From the NCBI GenBank assembly GCA_963842945.1, contig CAWJIM010000023.1, forward strand, positions 192,001 to 256,000: a DNA stretch of 64,000 nt. Reading direction: 5' to 3'. The notes under the pieces are model-generated. The model did no database searches. It saw nothing but the letters and a program-made list of their open reading frames with translations, and was not told the DNA's origin. Position 1 is the first letter of the stretch. Each line of letters opens with the position of its first letter. Positions 46,198 to 54,573 of the stretch are shown here, piece after piece. This DNA comes from an uncultured Gemmatimonadales bacterium. Lineage in GTDB: Bacteria > Gemmatimonadota > Gemmatimonadetes > Gemmatimonadales > GWC2-71-9. The position numbers and the translations under genes are program-made.

Positions 46198-46587
46198 ATG
46201 AGACCGATACCCCCGCCGAGATCTCTACCCGCCATTCTCTCCCTTGCTCTGGTGTTATGTACCTTCGGATCCAGCGCGATGGCGCAGTCCGTAAAAGTCC
46301 CGCCTCCACTGATTGTGGGCCAGTGGAAGGAGGACACCTTCCTTCCTGAGCGGCAATGCCACGGCAACTATGCCGCGGCTGATCTCCAGCAGTATCTCAC
46401 CCGGGCAAGAGTTGCCATGTGGCTTCCAGACACTCGATCGGTGAGTCTGGATCCCAGTGGCGAGTGCATTACCATCCGAGTTCAGAGTCTCGGCGGAGCC
46501 CGGCTGGCAGAGCTGGTGCTGCGGGGAGTAGCGGTCCCTCGAGAAAGCGTTCTCCTGCTGTGGGAGAGGCCGGAGCGCCAAGGGTAG
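46198..46587 (+). CDS. Hypothetical secreted protein
   Basis: RBS GGAG; signal peptide ending SAMA-Q; two Cys in the mature part. Confidence 0.55.
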   Translation: MRPIPPPRSLPAILSLALVLCTFGSSAMAQSVKVPPPLIVGQWKEDTFLPERQCHGNYAAADLQQYLTRARVAMWLPDTRSVSLDPSGECITIRVQSLGGARLAELVLRGVAVPRESVLLLWERPERQG

Positions 46588-46736
46588 TTACCGGGAAACC
46601 AAAGCCGTGCCTGGGCCGACCTGTAGACGATCGATCCATAGACTCCGAACCCCGCCGGCAGCATAGCCCACCGGGCCGGCGGTCCTGGCGTGATAGGAGC
46701 CAGCCAGCGGCGCCCTGCACATCCTGGAACACTCCC

Positions 46737-47072
46737 ATGAAAACCCGTCACTGGTACATCGGACTCTGCGTGCTCGGCACCCTGCTTCCCTACTCTCAGT
46801 TCATTCCGTTTCTGCAGGACCACGGACTGGACCCGCGTCTCTTTCTCCAGCAGCTCTTCGCCAACCGGATCGCTGCATTCTTTGGGCTGGACGTGATCGT
46901 CTCCTCCCTCGTACTGTGGGTCGCGGTTCTGGTAGACAGCAGACGCAACCAGGTGCCGCACCCGTGGGCGCCTCTACTGGGCAACCTCATGGTGGGAGTT
47001 TCCTTGGGGCTACCGCTCTGGCTCTATTTTCGGGAGGTCAGATTGAGCGAGATGCGAGAAGTCCGTGGCTAA
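46737..47072 (+). CDS. DUF2834-like membrane protein
   Basis: GTLLPYSQF, LFANRIAAFFGLDVIVS, VGVSLGLPLWLYFRE. Confidence 0.75.
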   Translation: MKTRHWYIGLCVLGTLLPYSQFIPFLQDHGLDPRLFLQQLFANRIAAFFGLDVIVSSLVLWVAVLVDSRRNQVPHPWAPLLGNLMVGVSLGLPLWLYFREVRLSEMREVRG

Positions 47073-47586
47073 CTGGGCAACTCTGGTGGTCCGCCACTCG
47101 GCAGCGGTGGAGGAGTTTCTCCGCACCGCTCACCAGATCGCAGCCGACCGATGGACGCAGCCTACTGCCCCAGGCAAGTGGAGCCCGGCAGAAATTACCA
47201 GCCACCTGATTGAATCGTATCACACTTTTCGGAGTGAGCTGGCCGGAAAGCCAGGGATGGGCCTGCGACTGGGACCCATCCGTCGGTGGGTGCTCCGCCG
47301 CACCGTGTTGCCCCGAATCCTCGCTACCGGAATCTTTCCGGCGGGAGCGCGCGCGCCGCGGGAAATCCGGCCGCGAGAGGTCCAGTCCGACCCCAGAATC
47401 GCGCTTCACAGGCTGAGCACCGAGGCGGATGCAATGGTGCAGGAGCTGGCAGACCGAATGCGCACTGGCCGAGTGCGGCTCACCCATGCCTACTTTGGTC
47501 GCATGTCGGCCCGTCAGAGCCTGACCATGGCCACGGTGCACACCCGGCACCACGCCCGCCAACTGGCCGCGGTCACCACGGCCTAG
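47065..47586 (+). CDS. DinB-family protein
   Basis: PGKWSPAEITSHL, THAYFGRMS, HTRHHARQL. Confidence 0.82.
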   Translation: MANWATLVVRHSAAVEEFLRTAHQIAADRWTQPTAPGKWSPAEITSHLIESYHTFRSELAGKPGMGLRLGPIRRWVLRRTVLPRILATGIFPAGARAPREIRPREVQSDPRIALHRLSTEADAMVQELADRMRTGRVRLTHAYFGRMSARQSLTMATVHTRHHARQLAAVTTA

Positions 47587-47609
47587 CACCCCTTCAGCCC
47601 CGTTTTCCT

Positions 47610-48360
47610 ATGGACTGGATCAGTGATCCCCAAGCCTGGATCGGCTTTGCCACCCTCACGGTGCTCGAGATCGTGCTGGGTATCGACAACATCGTGTTCA
47701 TCTCGATTCTGGCAGACCGGCTTCCAGCCGCTCAACAGTCTCGGGCCCGGCTGCTCGGGCTCGGCCTCGCCATGGTAACTCGAATCCTTCTGCTGCTTTC
47801 GCTCAGCTGGATCATCGGGCTCACCGCGCCGCTGTTCAGCATTCTGGGAGAACAGATTTCCGGCCGGGACCTGGTGCTGCTGCTGGGAGGTCTCTTTCTG
47901 CTGGGCAAGAGTACGCACGAGATCCACGGGAACCTCGAAGGCGAGAGCGACGAGGCCTCCGCGCAGGGCAGCTCCCTCCTTTGCCGGCGTGCTGATCCAG
48001 ATCATGCTGTTGGATATCGTGTTTTCGCTGGACTCGGTCATCACCGCGGTGGGAATGGTGGACGAGATCGGGGTCATGGTCGCAGCGGTCGTGGTGGCTA
48101 TTGGATTCATGATGGCCTTCTCTGGCGCCATCAGCGGATTCGTCAGCCGTCATCCCACGATCAAGATGCTTGCGCTGAGCTTCCTGATTCTGATCGGGGT
48201 CGCTCTGATCGCTGAGGGACTCGACCAGCACATCCCGAAGGGCTACATCTACTTTGCGATGGCATTCTCGGTGGGCGTGGAGCTACTCAATCTCCGGGTG
48301 CGCCGGCGGCAGGCCGAAGTGGTTCGCCTCCGCCGGCCCTATGCCGACCAGTCGGTATAG
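47610..48360 (+). CDS. TerC-family membrane protein (frameshifted)
   Basis: LEIVLGIDNIVFISIL, DIVFSLDSVITAVGM, HPTIKMLALSFL, PKGYIYFAMAFS. Confidence 0.92.
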
Positions 48361-48424
48361 GACCATGCACAGATGCCGCTGCGCGGTACGGCTATGACTC
48401 TGCCCTTCCTGACTGGAGCGCAAC

Positions 48425-48934
48425 GTGGGTCCTGAGGGCGCTGAGCGGCCCCGCTCTATCACCCTCCGCTTCCTGGCCGAACCGGGAGACGTGAACTTCG
48501 GCGGGAAGGTGCATGGCGGCGCAGTAATGAAGTGGATCGATCAGGTGGGCTACACCTGTGCGGCCGGGTGGACCGGCTCCTACTGTGTCACGGTTTACAT
48601 AGGGGGACTCCACTTCCTGGCTCCGATTCACGTCGGTGAGGTAGTCGAGCTCCAGGCGCTGGTGATCCGAACCGGCCGAAGCAGCATGGACATCGCAGTT
48701 GACGTCTACGCCCGCGACCCCAAGAGTCCCCAGCGCCGCCGCACCGGCCATTGCGTGATTGTGTTTGTTGCCCTGGGCACCGACGGGAAACCGTCGCCGG
48801 TGCCCCAGTGGGAGCCCAGGGATGACGTCGATCGGGCGCTGCAAGCGTATGCCTCCCGGCTGGCGGAGCTCCGGAAGCAGATGGACACTGAGATGGAACG
48901 GCGGCTCGGCCGGCAGGAAGACGCAGCGGGATAG
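48425..48934 (+). CDS. Acyl-CoA thioesterase (hotdog fold)
   Basis: DVNFGGKVHGGAVMKWID, FLAPIHVG, TGRSSM. Confidence 0.92.
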   Translation: MGPEGAERPRSITLRFLAEPGDVNFGGKVHGGAVMKWIDQVGYTCAAGWTGSYCVTVYIGGLHFLAPIHVGEVVELQALVIRTGRSSMDIAVDVYARDPKSPQRRRTGHCVIVFVALGTDGKPSPVPQWEPRDDVDRALQAYASRLAELRKQMDTEMERRLGRQEDAAG

Positions 48935-48935
48935 A

Positions 48936-49760
48936 TCAGGCGCGTTTAAGGGTAAATATCGGAAGCTCCGCGGCGCAGCGGAATCGCGCTGGGATGCCGG
49001 TGGTGCCCACGCCGCGCGAGACATACAGCGGAACCGCGGTGTCGCGGTACCACCCCTCGAGGAAGCGCCCCGCGCCCACCGGCTTGACCGGGGGAAGCAG
49101 CGGAATCCGAATCTGTCCGCCATGGGTGTGACCAGCCAGCAGCACGGCCGCCTTACCGGACAGAGCGGCGGGCAGCTGATCGGCGAAGCTGGGCTCATGC
49201 ATAACCCAGATCTCCACGGCGTCCCCGGTCAGTCCTGCCCTCGCTGCGGTCAGGTCAGGTTGGCCGCCCAGCATGTCATCAAGCCCAATGAGGGCCAGGG
49301 TTGTCCCTCCAACGGTCAGCGGTTTCATCTGATTGATCAGGAGATCTATCCCAGCCGATCGATACACCTCCCGGGCCCGATCGCCCACCACCCGGGACAG
49401 GTACTCCCAGTTCCCCAAGACGGCTATGGTCGCCAGCGAGCCTCGAGCCGCCGCCACGAATTCTCTCATCGTTTCGAGCGCCTGGGCCGTTTCGGTCATG
49501 TCGCCGTTGAGCACCACGATTTCCGGACGTTCCCGGCGCAGATGCTCGAGCGCGGCGCGTGCGGCCAGCTGGTTACCGGGAAGGTGGACATCGGCAACCT
49601 GCGCAACCCGGATTCCATCGATCGATTGGGGAAGTCCCGAAACTGGGACATCGTGCCGGCTGATCAGAACGCGATTGGCTTCCAGTCCGAACGCATCTGC
49701 CCCCAGGGCGGCGCCCAGGGTTCCGGCACCAACGAGAAAACGCCTTCGGCTGATTTGCAT
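48936..49760 (-). CDS. Tat-exported metallophosphoesterase (YkuE-like)
   Basis: Tat motif SRRRFL; ADVH, GD, GNWE, HEP, AGHTHGGQ, VSRGVG. Confidence 0.9.
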   Translation of the reverse strand: MQISRRRFLVGAGTLGAALGADAFGLEANRVLISRHDVPVSGLPQSIDGIRVAQVADVHLPGNQLAARAALEHLRRERPEIVVLNGDMTETAQALETMREFVAAARGSLATIAVLGNWEYLSRVVGDRAREVYRSAGIDLLINQMKPLTVGGTTLALIGLDDMLGGQPDLTAARAGLTGDAVEIWVMHEPSFADQLPAALSGKAAVLLAGHTHGGQIRIPLLPPVKPVGAGRFLEGWYRDTAVPLYVSRGVGTTGIPARFRCAAELPIFTLKRA

Positions 49761-49782
49761 TAGAGGAAGGTAAACGCGCGGC

Positions 49783-51331
49783 TTACCTGGTCCCCTCGAC
49801 AACAGCCCCGGCGAAGCGCTCCATCTCGGCTTCAATCTCGAGACTCTCGCGATCGCGATAAATCGTCGCGGCGGCGAGGACTTTCTCACCCCTGATGAAC
49901 TGAACCGAGCAGTCCCTCGCATCGATGTCGCCGTCGATCTGAACGCGGTCCCACCGCTCGGCGTGGCCTACGTAATTGATGGGGACGTCGTAGTGCTGGC
50001 TCCAGAAGAATGGCACCGCATCGAAGACCCGCTGTTGGCCAAGCATGTTTCGCGCAGCAGCCTGGCCTTGTCGCTCCGCCACCACCCAGTGCTCCACCCG
50101 GATCCGCTCACCGGTATGAGGATCGGGCCAGCGCGCAATGTCTCCGGCCGCGAACACGTCCGGTGCGCTGGTCTGCAGGAATTGATCGACTGACACGCCC
50201 CGATCCAGTGCGAGTCCGGCCCGCTCGGCCAGCTCCAGATTGGGCCGCACGCCAATGCCGGCGACAATCAGGTCGGCCTTCAGGCGATCGCCATTCTCCA
50301 GCACCACCTCGCCCGACGCAATCTCCTTTGCCGTCTGCTGGAGGTGGAAGATCACTCCGTGCTCCTCGTGAAGTCTCCGAATGAAGTCTCCCAGTTGGGG
50401 ACCCATGACCCGCTCCAGAGGACGAGCGTCCGGCGCCACTACGTGCACCTCCAGCTTCCGCGCTCGCAATGAGGCTGCCACCTCGAGCCCGATGAAACTG
50501 GCGCCCAGGATCACGACCCGGCGTGCGCTGCCGCTGGCGGTGACAATGGCCTTGCTGTCCCTGAGGGTGCGAAGGTAGAGGATCGGAGCTGGTGTTTTGA
50601 GGAAGGTGGACCGGTGTAGCGCCGGTGGCCATCAGGAGAGCGCCATATTCGCGGGTGCTGCCGTCATCCAGACGTAGTCGGTGCTTGCCCGGCTCCAGCT
50701 CGACTACTCGGTGGTTGCGAACGATGTGGATGTCTCGTTCGGCATAGAAATCCGGCGGATGCAACGGGATCCACTCCTCGGGGGCGGAGCCCGCCAGATA
50801 GTCCTTGGATAAATTGGGCCGGTCGTAGGGGGCGTCCGGGTCGGGATCGAACAGAGTTATCGGGCCCTGGTACCCTTCACGGCGGAGCGTCTCCGCGGCG
50901 CTGTTCCCGGCAGCTCCGGCGCCCACGATCGCGATGGACTCAGGACTTCGCGTCAGGCGCGGTCGAGACGCAACCCGTGATCGGGGCTGAGGCACTTTGC
51001 CCCGAACGAATACCATGTCGTTTTCCCGCTCCACCTTCCAGCAGGGCACATCGTTGAGGGCCGGCGGCCGGAGCGCCTGGCCGGTTCGGAGGCTGAAGCA
51101 GGCGTGATGCCAGGGGCAGCGAATGGTGTCACCCACCATCAAACCTTCCGGGAGAGGCCCGCTGTAATGGCTGCACACCGCACCGATGGCAAACCATTCG
51201 TCGCCCCGCCGGGTCAGCAGGACAGTCTCCTCACCCACGTGCCCCGCCAGCAGCTTCCCCTCCGGAACGCTGGCGATCATAATGCCGGCGGCGAGATCAG
51301 GGCCGGTTACAGCCGGAGCCTGTTCGCTCAT
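49783..51331 (-). CDS. Rieske-domain FAD-dependent oxidoreductase (frameshifted)
   Basis: CSHY and CPWH Rieske ligands, GAGAAG, YDRPNLSK, GASFIGLE, RVEHW, VPFFWS. Confidence 0.9.
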
Positions 51332-51341
51332 GACCTGCTCC

Positions 51342-51791
51342 TCAGGCGGCCCTCAGTTCGCTGGTGCAGTGGGGACAGCGGCTGGCGCTTACCGGAATCG
51401 CCATCCGGCAATAGGGACAGTCCTTCGTCGTGGGAGCCGAGGTGTCGGCAGGCTTCAGCCGGTTGGCCGCTCGCACGATCAGGAAGACGGCAAAGGCCAC
51501 GATGATGAAGGTGACGACGTTGTTGATGAACTGGCCGTAGTTGACGGTCACGGCGCCTGCGTCATGCGCCTGGGCGATGGTGGCGTAGGGCGGCGCAGCC
51601 TTCTCCCCAGCCTTGAGCACCACAAAAAGATTGCCAAAGTCGAGACCGCCCAGGGCCAGTCCAATTGGGGGCATGATGACGTCGTCCACCAGAGACTTGA
51701 CGATGGTGCCGAACGCGCCGCCGATGATGATGCCCACCGCGAGGTCGAGAACGTTGCCGCGCAACGCAAAGGCCTTGAATTCCTTGAGCAT
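51342..51791 (-). CDS. mscL: Large-conductance mechanosensitive channel with C-terminal CxxC-CxxC
   Basis: EFKAFALRGNVLDLAVGIIIGGAF, SLVDDVIMPPIG, NYGQFIN; CPYC and CPHC tail. Confidence 0.95.
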   Translation of the reverse strand: MLKEFKAFALRGNVLDLAVGIIIGGAFGTIVKSLVDDVIMPPIGLALGGLDFGNLFVVLKAGEKAAPPYATIAQAHDAGAVTVNYGQFINNVVTFIIVAFAVFLIVRAANRLKPADTSAPTTKDCPYCRMAIPVSASRCPHCTSELRAA

Positions 51792-51813
51792 GGGTCTTCC
51801 GCGGATCAGGGTT

Positions 51814-53244
51814 TCAGGATTGCGAGCGTACCACGGGCTGTCCGGCAGCTCGCCATTCGGCGAAACCGCCCCGGAAAAGCCGTACGTCTTCGAAGCCTTG
51901 GGCCCGGAGCAGGCTGGCAGCAATGGCGGCGCGCGCTCCGGTTTGACAGTGCACGATCAGCGGGAGTCCCCGGGGTATTTCGTCCAGCCGTGCCTCCAGC
52001 TGGGCAACCGGCAGATTCAGCGATCCCGGAACATGGCCGGCGTCCCACTCCCCCACCCCGCGAACATCGAGCAGTACTTCGCCATTTCTGCTCCGGGTAG
52101 TCAGCTGTTCAAGTGTCACCATGGGAATAGTCTGTAGCTCGCCCCCGGACTTCCGCCAGTGACCCAGCACTTCGCTGCCGAAGTAGCCAGCCACCCGGTC
52201 TATTCCTATCCCGGCCAGGGTCCGTACCAGCTCTTCGAACATGGGATCATCAGGTTCGGGAACGATCAGGTAGAGCTCACGGTCATAGGGAAGCAAGGAC
52301 CCGGCCCAGGTCGGAAATGCTCGAGTATTTGGAATATTGATTGTTCCGGGGATGGATCCTCGGCCGTACTCGTCTGAGGTGCGGGTGTCCACCACCATGC
52401 CGCGGGACTGGAGCACGGACATCAGGCTCTCCGGCGAGAGCCGGCTGGGTGGTGGCCGCTGGCCCAGGAGCCGCGGACCCTCCAGATTGATCCGCTTCAT
52501 CTCGGCAAAGTACCGCGGAGGATCGGGCTGGCCGGCCAACACGGCGCGCACGAAGTCGTTCTCATTTTCGATGCCAAAGGCCCAGTTGAACCGCTTCTCA
52601 TAGCCAAGAGTGGACTGTGGCACCGCGCTCAATGACTTGCCGCACGCCGAGCCGGCGCCATGACCGGGCCAGATCTGGAGGTAGTCGCTGAATTCGCGGA
52701 ACCGCTGGATCGACCGGTAGAGCTGGCGAGCACTGGTTTCCATGGTGCCTCGCGAGCCTACGGCGCGCTCCAGCAGATCGGGCCGCCCCACGTCTCCCAC
52801 AAACAAGAAGTCGCCGGTCAGCGCGCCCATTGGTTCACTGGCGACCCCGGTGTCGGTGACCAGGAAGACCAGATGTTCCGGGGTATGCCCGGGCAGATGC
52901 AGGACGCGCACTTCGATCCGGCCGACCATTATCCTGTCACCGTCATTTATGCTCGTGGCCCGCGCCGCGCCGGCATAGCGATACTGCCAGTCCGGTCCGC
53001 CGGCGGCGGAGAGGTACAGCCGAGCATTGGCGCGGTGCGCCAGTTCGCGCGCCCCGGAAACGAAGTCGGCATGGATGTGAGTCTCGGTGACGTGTGCGAC
53101 TCGAAGCCCTTCCTGAGCCGCCGCCTCGAGGTAGAGGTCAATATCCCGGTTGGGGTCGACGATCAGGGCTTCATGGGTGGAAGAGCATCCGAGCAGGTAG
53201 CTGGCCTGAGCGAGCCTGGGCTCGAAGAAGCGCTTGAAGATCAT
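51814..53244 (-). CDS. MBL-fold hydrolase fused to two rhodanese domains (persulfide dioxygenase/sulfurtransferase-like)
   Basis: ETHIHADFVSG, PGHTPEH, GDVGRPDL, PGHGAGSACG, C-terminal HCQTGARA. Confidence 0.88.
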   Translation of the reverse strand: MIFKRFFEPRLAQASYLLGCSSTHEALIVDPNRDIDLYLEAAAQEGLRVAHVTETHIHADFVSGARELAHRANARLYLSAAGGPDWQYRYAGAARATSINDGDRIMVGRIEVRVLHLPGHTPEHLVFLVTDTGVASEPMGALTGDFLFVGDVGRPDLLERAVGSRGTMETSARQLYRSIQRFREFSDYLQIWPGHGAGSACGKSLSAVPQSTLGYEKRFNWAFGIENENDFVRAVLAGQPDPPRYFAEMKRINLEGPRLLGQRPPPSRLSPESLMSVLQSRGMVVDTRTSDEYGRGSIPGTINIPNTRAFPTWAGSLLPYDRELYLIVPEPDDPMFEELVRTLAGIGIDRVAGYFGSEVLGHWRKSGGELQTIPMVTLEQLTTRSRNGEVLLDVRGVGEWDAGHVPGSLNLPVAQLEARLDEIPRGLPLIVHCQTGARAAIAASLLRAQGFEDVRLFRGGFAEWRAAGQPVVRSQS

Positions 53245-53397
53245 CGCGGCGCAACGAGGTCGGAACAGCAGGGCATGGCGTTGGTGAGCGGGTTCATGAT
53301 CTATTATAGGGCAAAGCCCGGCCGCTTGCCCGATGCAACCTACGGATCAGCAAAGCTTTCCTCTTGATGTGCGAACCTCTCGGGCAGCGGCGTCCCC

Positions 53398-54573
53398 ATG
53401 ACGATCTCTCACCGGTTTGACACCCCGATGACACAATCCGCGGTCCCTGGGCAGCAGCTACGTTGCAGAGGGCGGCTTGTGCTGGTCGCCATTTTCACTC
53501 TGGCGGGGTGCGGACACAGTGAGCCGTTCACCCCCGAAAATTTCGGTACTGACGCCCCGTTCGATCCCACTCCACCAATACAGCTCACTCTCAATCGCGG
53601 ACCCGACCGGCGTGCGGCCTGGCTGCCCGACGGATCCGCGCTCTTGTATTCGACTCAGCTCGACGGCACTCGAGACCACGACGTTTGCCTTGCCGTACTA
53701 CCCCCGACCGGAGGGCGGCAGCGGAGTCTGAGTTGCAATCTCACCCCGGTGGGCGACCAGCGCACCGAGTCGCTCGAGTCGGCGGCGGCGGCAACGGACG
53801 GCCGACTAGCCTTCCTAGCAGCAAGCGGCGCAATCGGCGCCCTGGTACCCTCGGTTCAAGAGTTGTCCCTGGCAACCGTTGCTGATCCCACTACCCGAAC
53901 TTCACTGCTGGCTATCCCCTACACCATCTCCGGCCGACCCACCCACGGTGGCATCTCCCAGCTGCGGTGGCTAGGTCCAAACCGGCTGGTTTACCTGGGG
54001 GAGGCCGTGAACGTCCTCAGCCTGTGTGATGGTTGTGAGCGGGACACCGTGCACTCCGGACTCGATGCGGTGTGGCTCGACCTTGCCGGCGGAGCCAACC
54101 CCCAAGCCATAGCCGGGACGAGCAACGCATCGGGCGTGTCGCCCGGAAGCACGGAGGACGAAGTGTACTACACCCTGAATGGCGATACCCGGGTGTACCG
54201 CCAGACGCTCTCCACTGGCGCGGCAACGGTGGTGTTCGACTTTGCCGCTGCCGGGATCGCCCGCGATGTGCATGTGGTGGGCACCCGAATGGCGGTTGTG
54301 GTGGGCGGCAGGGTGCACTTCACCGACGACCCCATTGTTGGACCTACTCAATGGGACAGTGGGGGCGTCGTGCACGTGGTCGACCTGTCAGGCGGTAGCG
54401 ATGTCGCTTTGACCGGGCCGAGCGACCTTGGCCTGTATCGCCGGCCGCAGATCTCGCCACCAGGCAGCCAAGTCGTCGTGGAGCGGTATCAACTCATCAT
54501 CATCGACAACGGCGTCACCGTAGACACCAGCGTCGCTCGTGCAGGAGACCTGTACCTGATAGGGCAGCCGTGA
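53398..54573 (+). CDS. Lipoprotein with TolB-like beta-propeller
   Basis: Lipobox LAGC; AAWLPDGSALLY, PQISPPGSQVV; GTGA overlap with the receptor gene. Confidence 0.7.
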   Translation: MTISHRFDTPMTQSAVPGQQLRCRGRLVLVAIFTLAGCGHSEPFTPENFGTDAPFDPTPPIQLTLNRGPDRRAAWLPDGSALLYSTQLDGTRDHDVCLAVLPPTGGRQRSLSCNLTPVGDQRTESLESAAAATDGRLAFLAASGAIGALVPSVQELSLATVADPTTRTSLLAIPYTISGRPTHGGISQLRWLGPNRLVYLGEAVNVLSLCDGCERDTVHSGLDAVWLDLAGGANPQAIAGTSNASGVSPGSTEDEVYYTLNGDTRVYRQTLSTGAATVVFDFAAAGIARDVHVVGTRMAVVVGGRVHFTDDPIVGPTQWDSGGVVHVVDLSGGSDVALTGPSDLGLYRRPQISPPGSQVVVERYQLIIIDNGVTVDTSVARAGDLYLIGQP

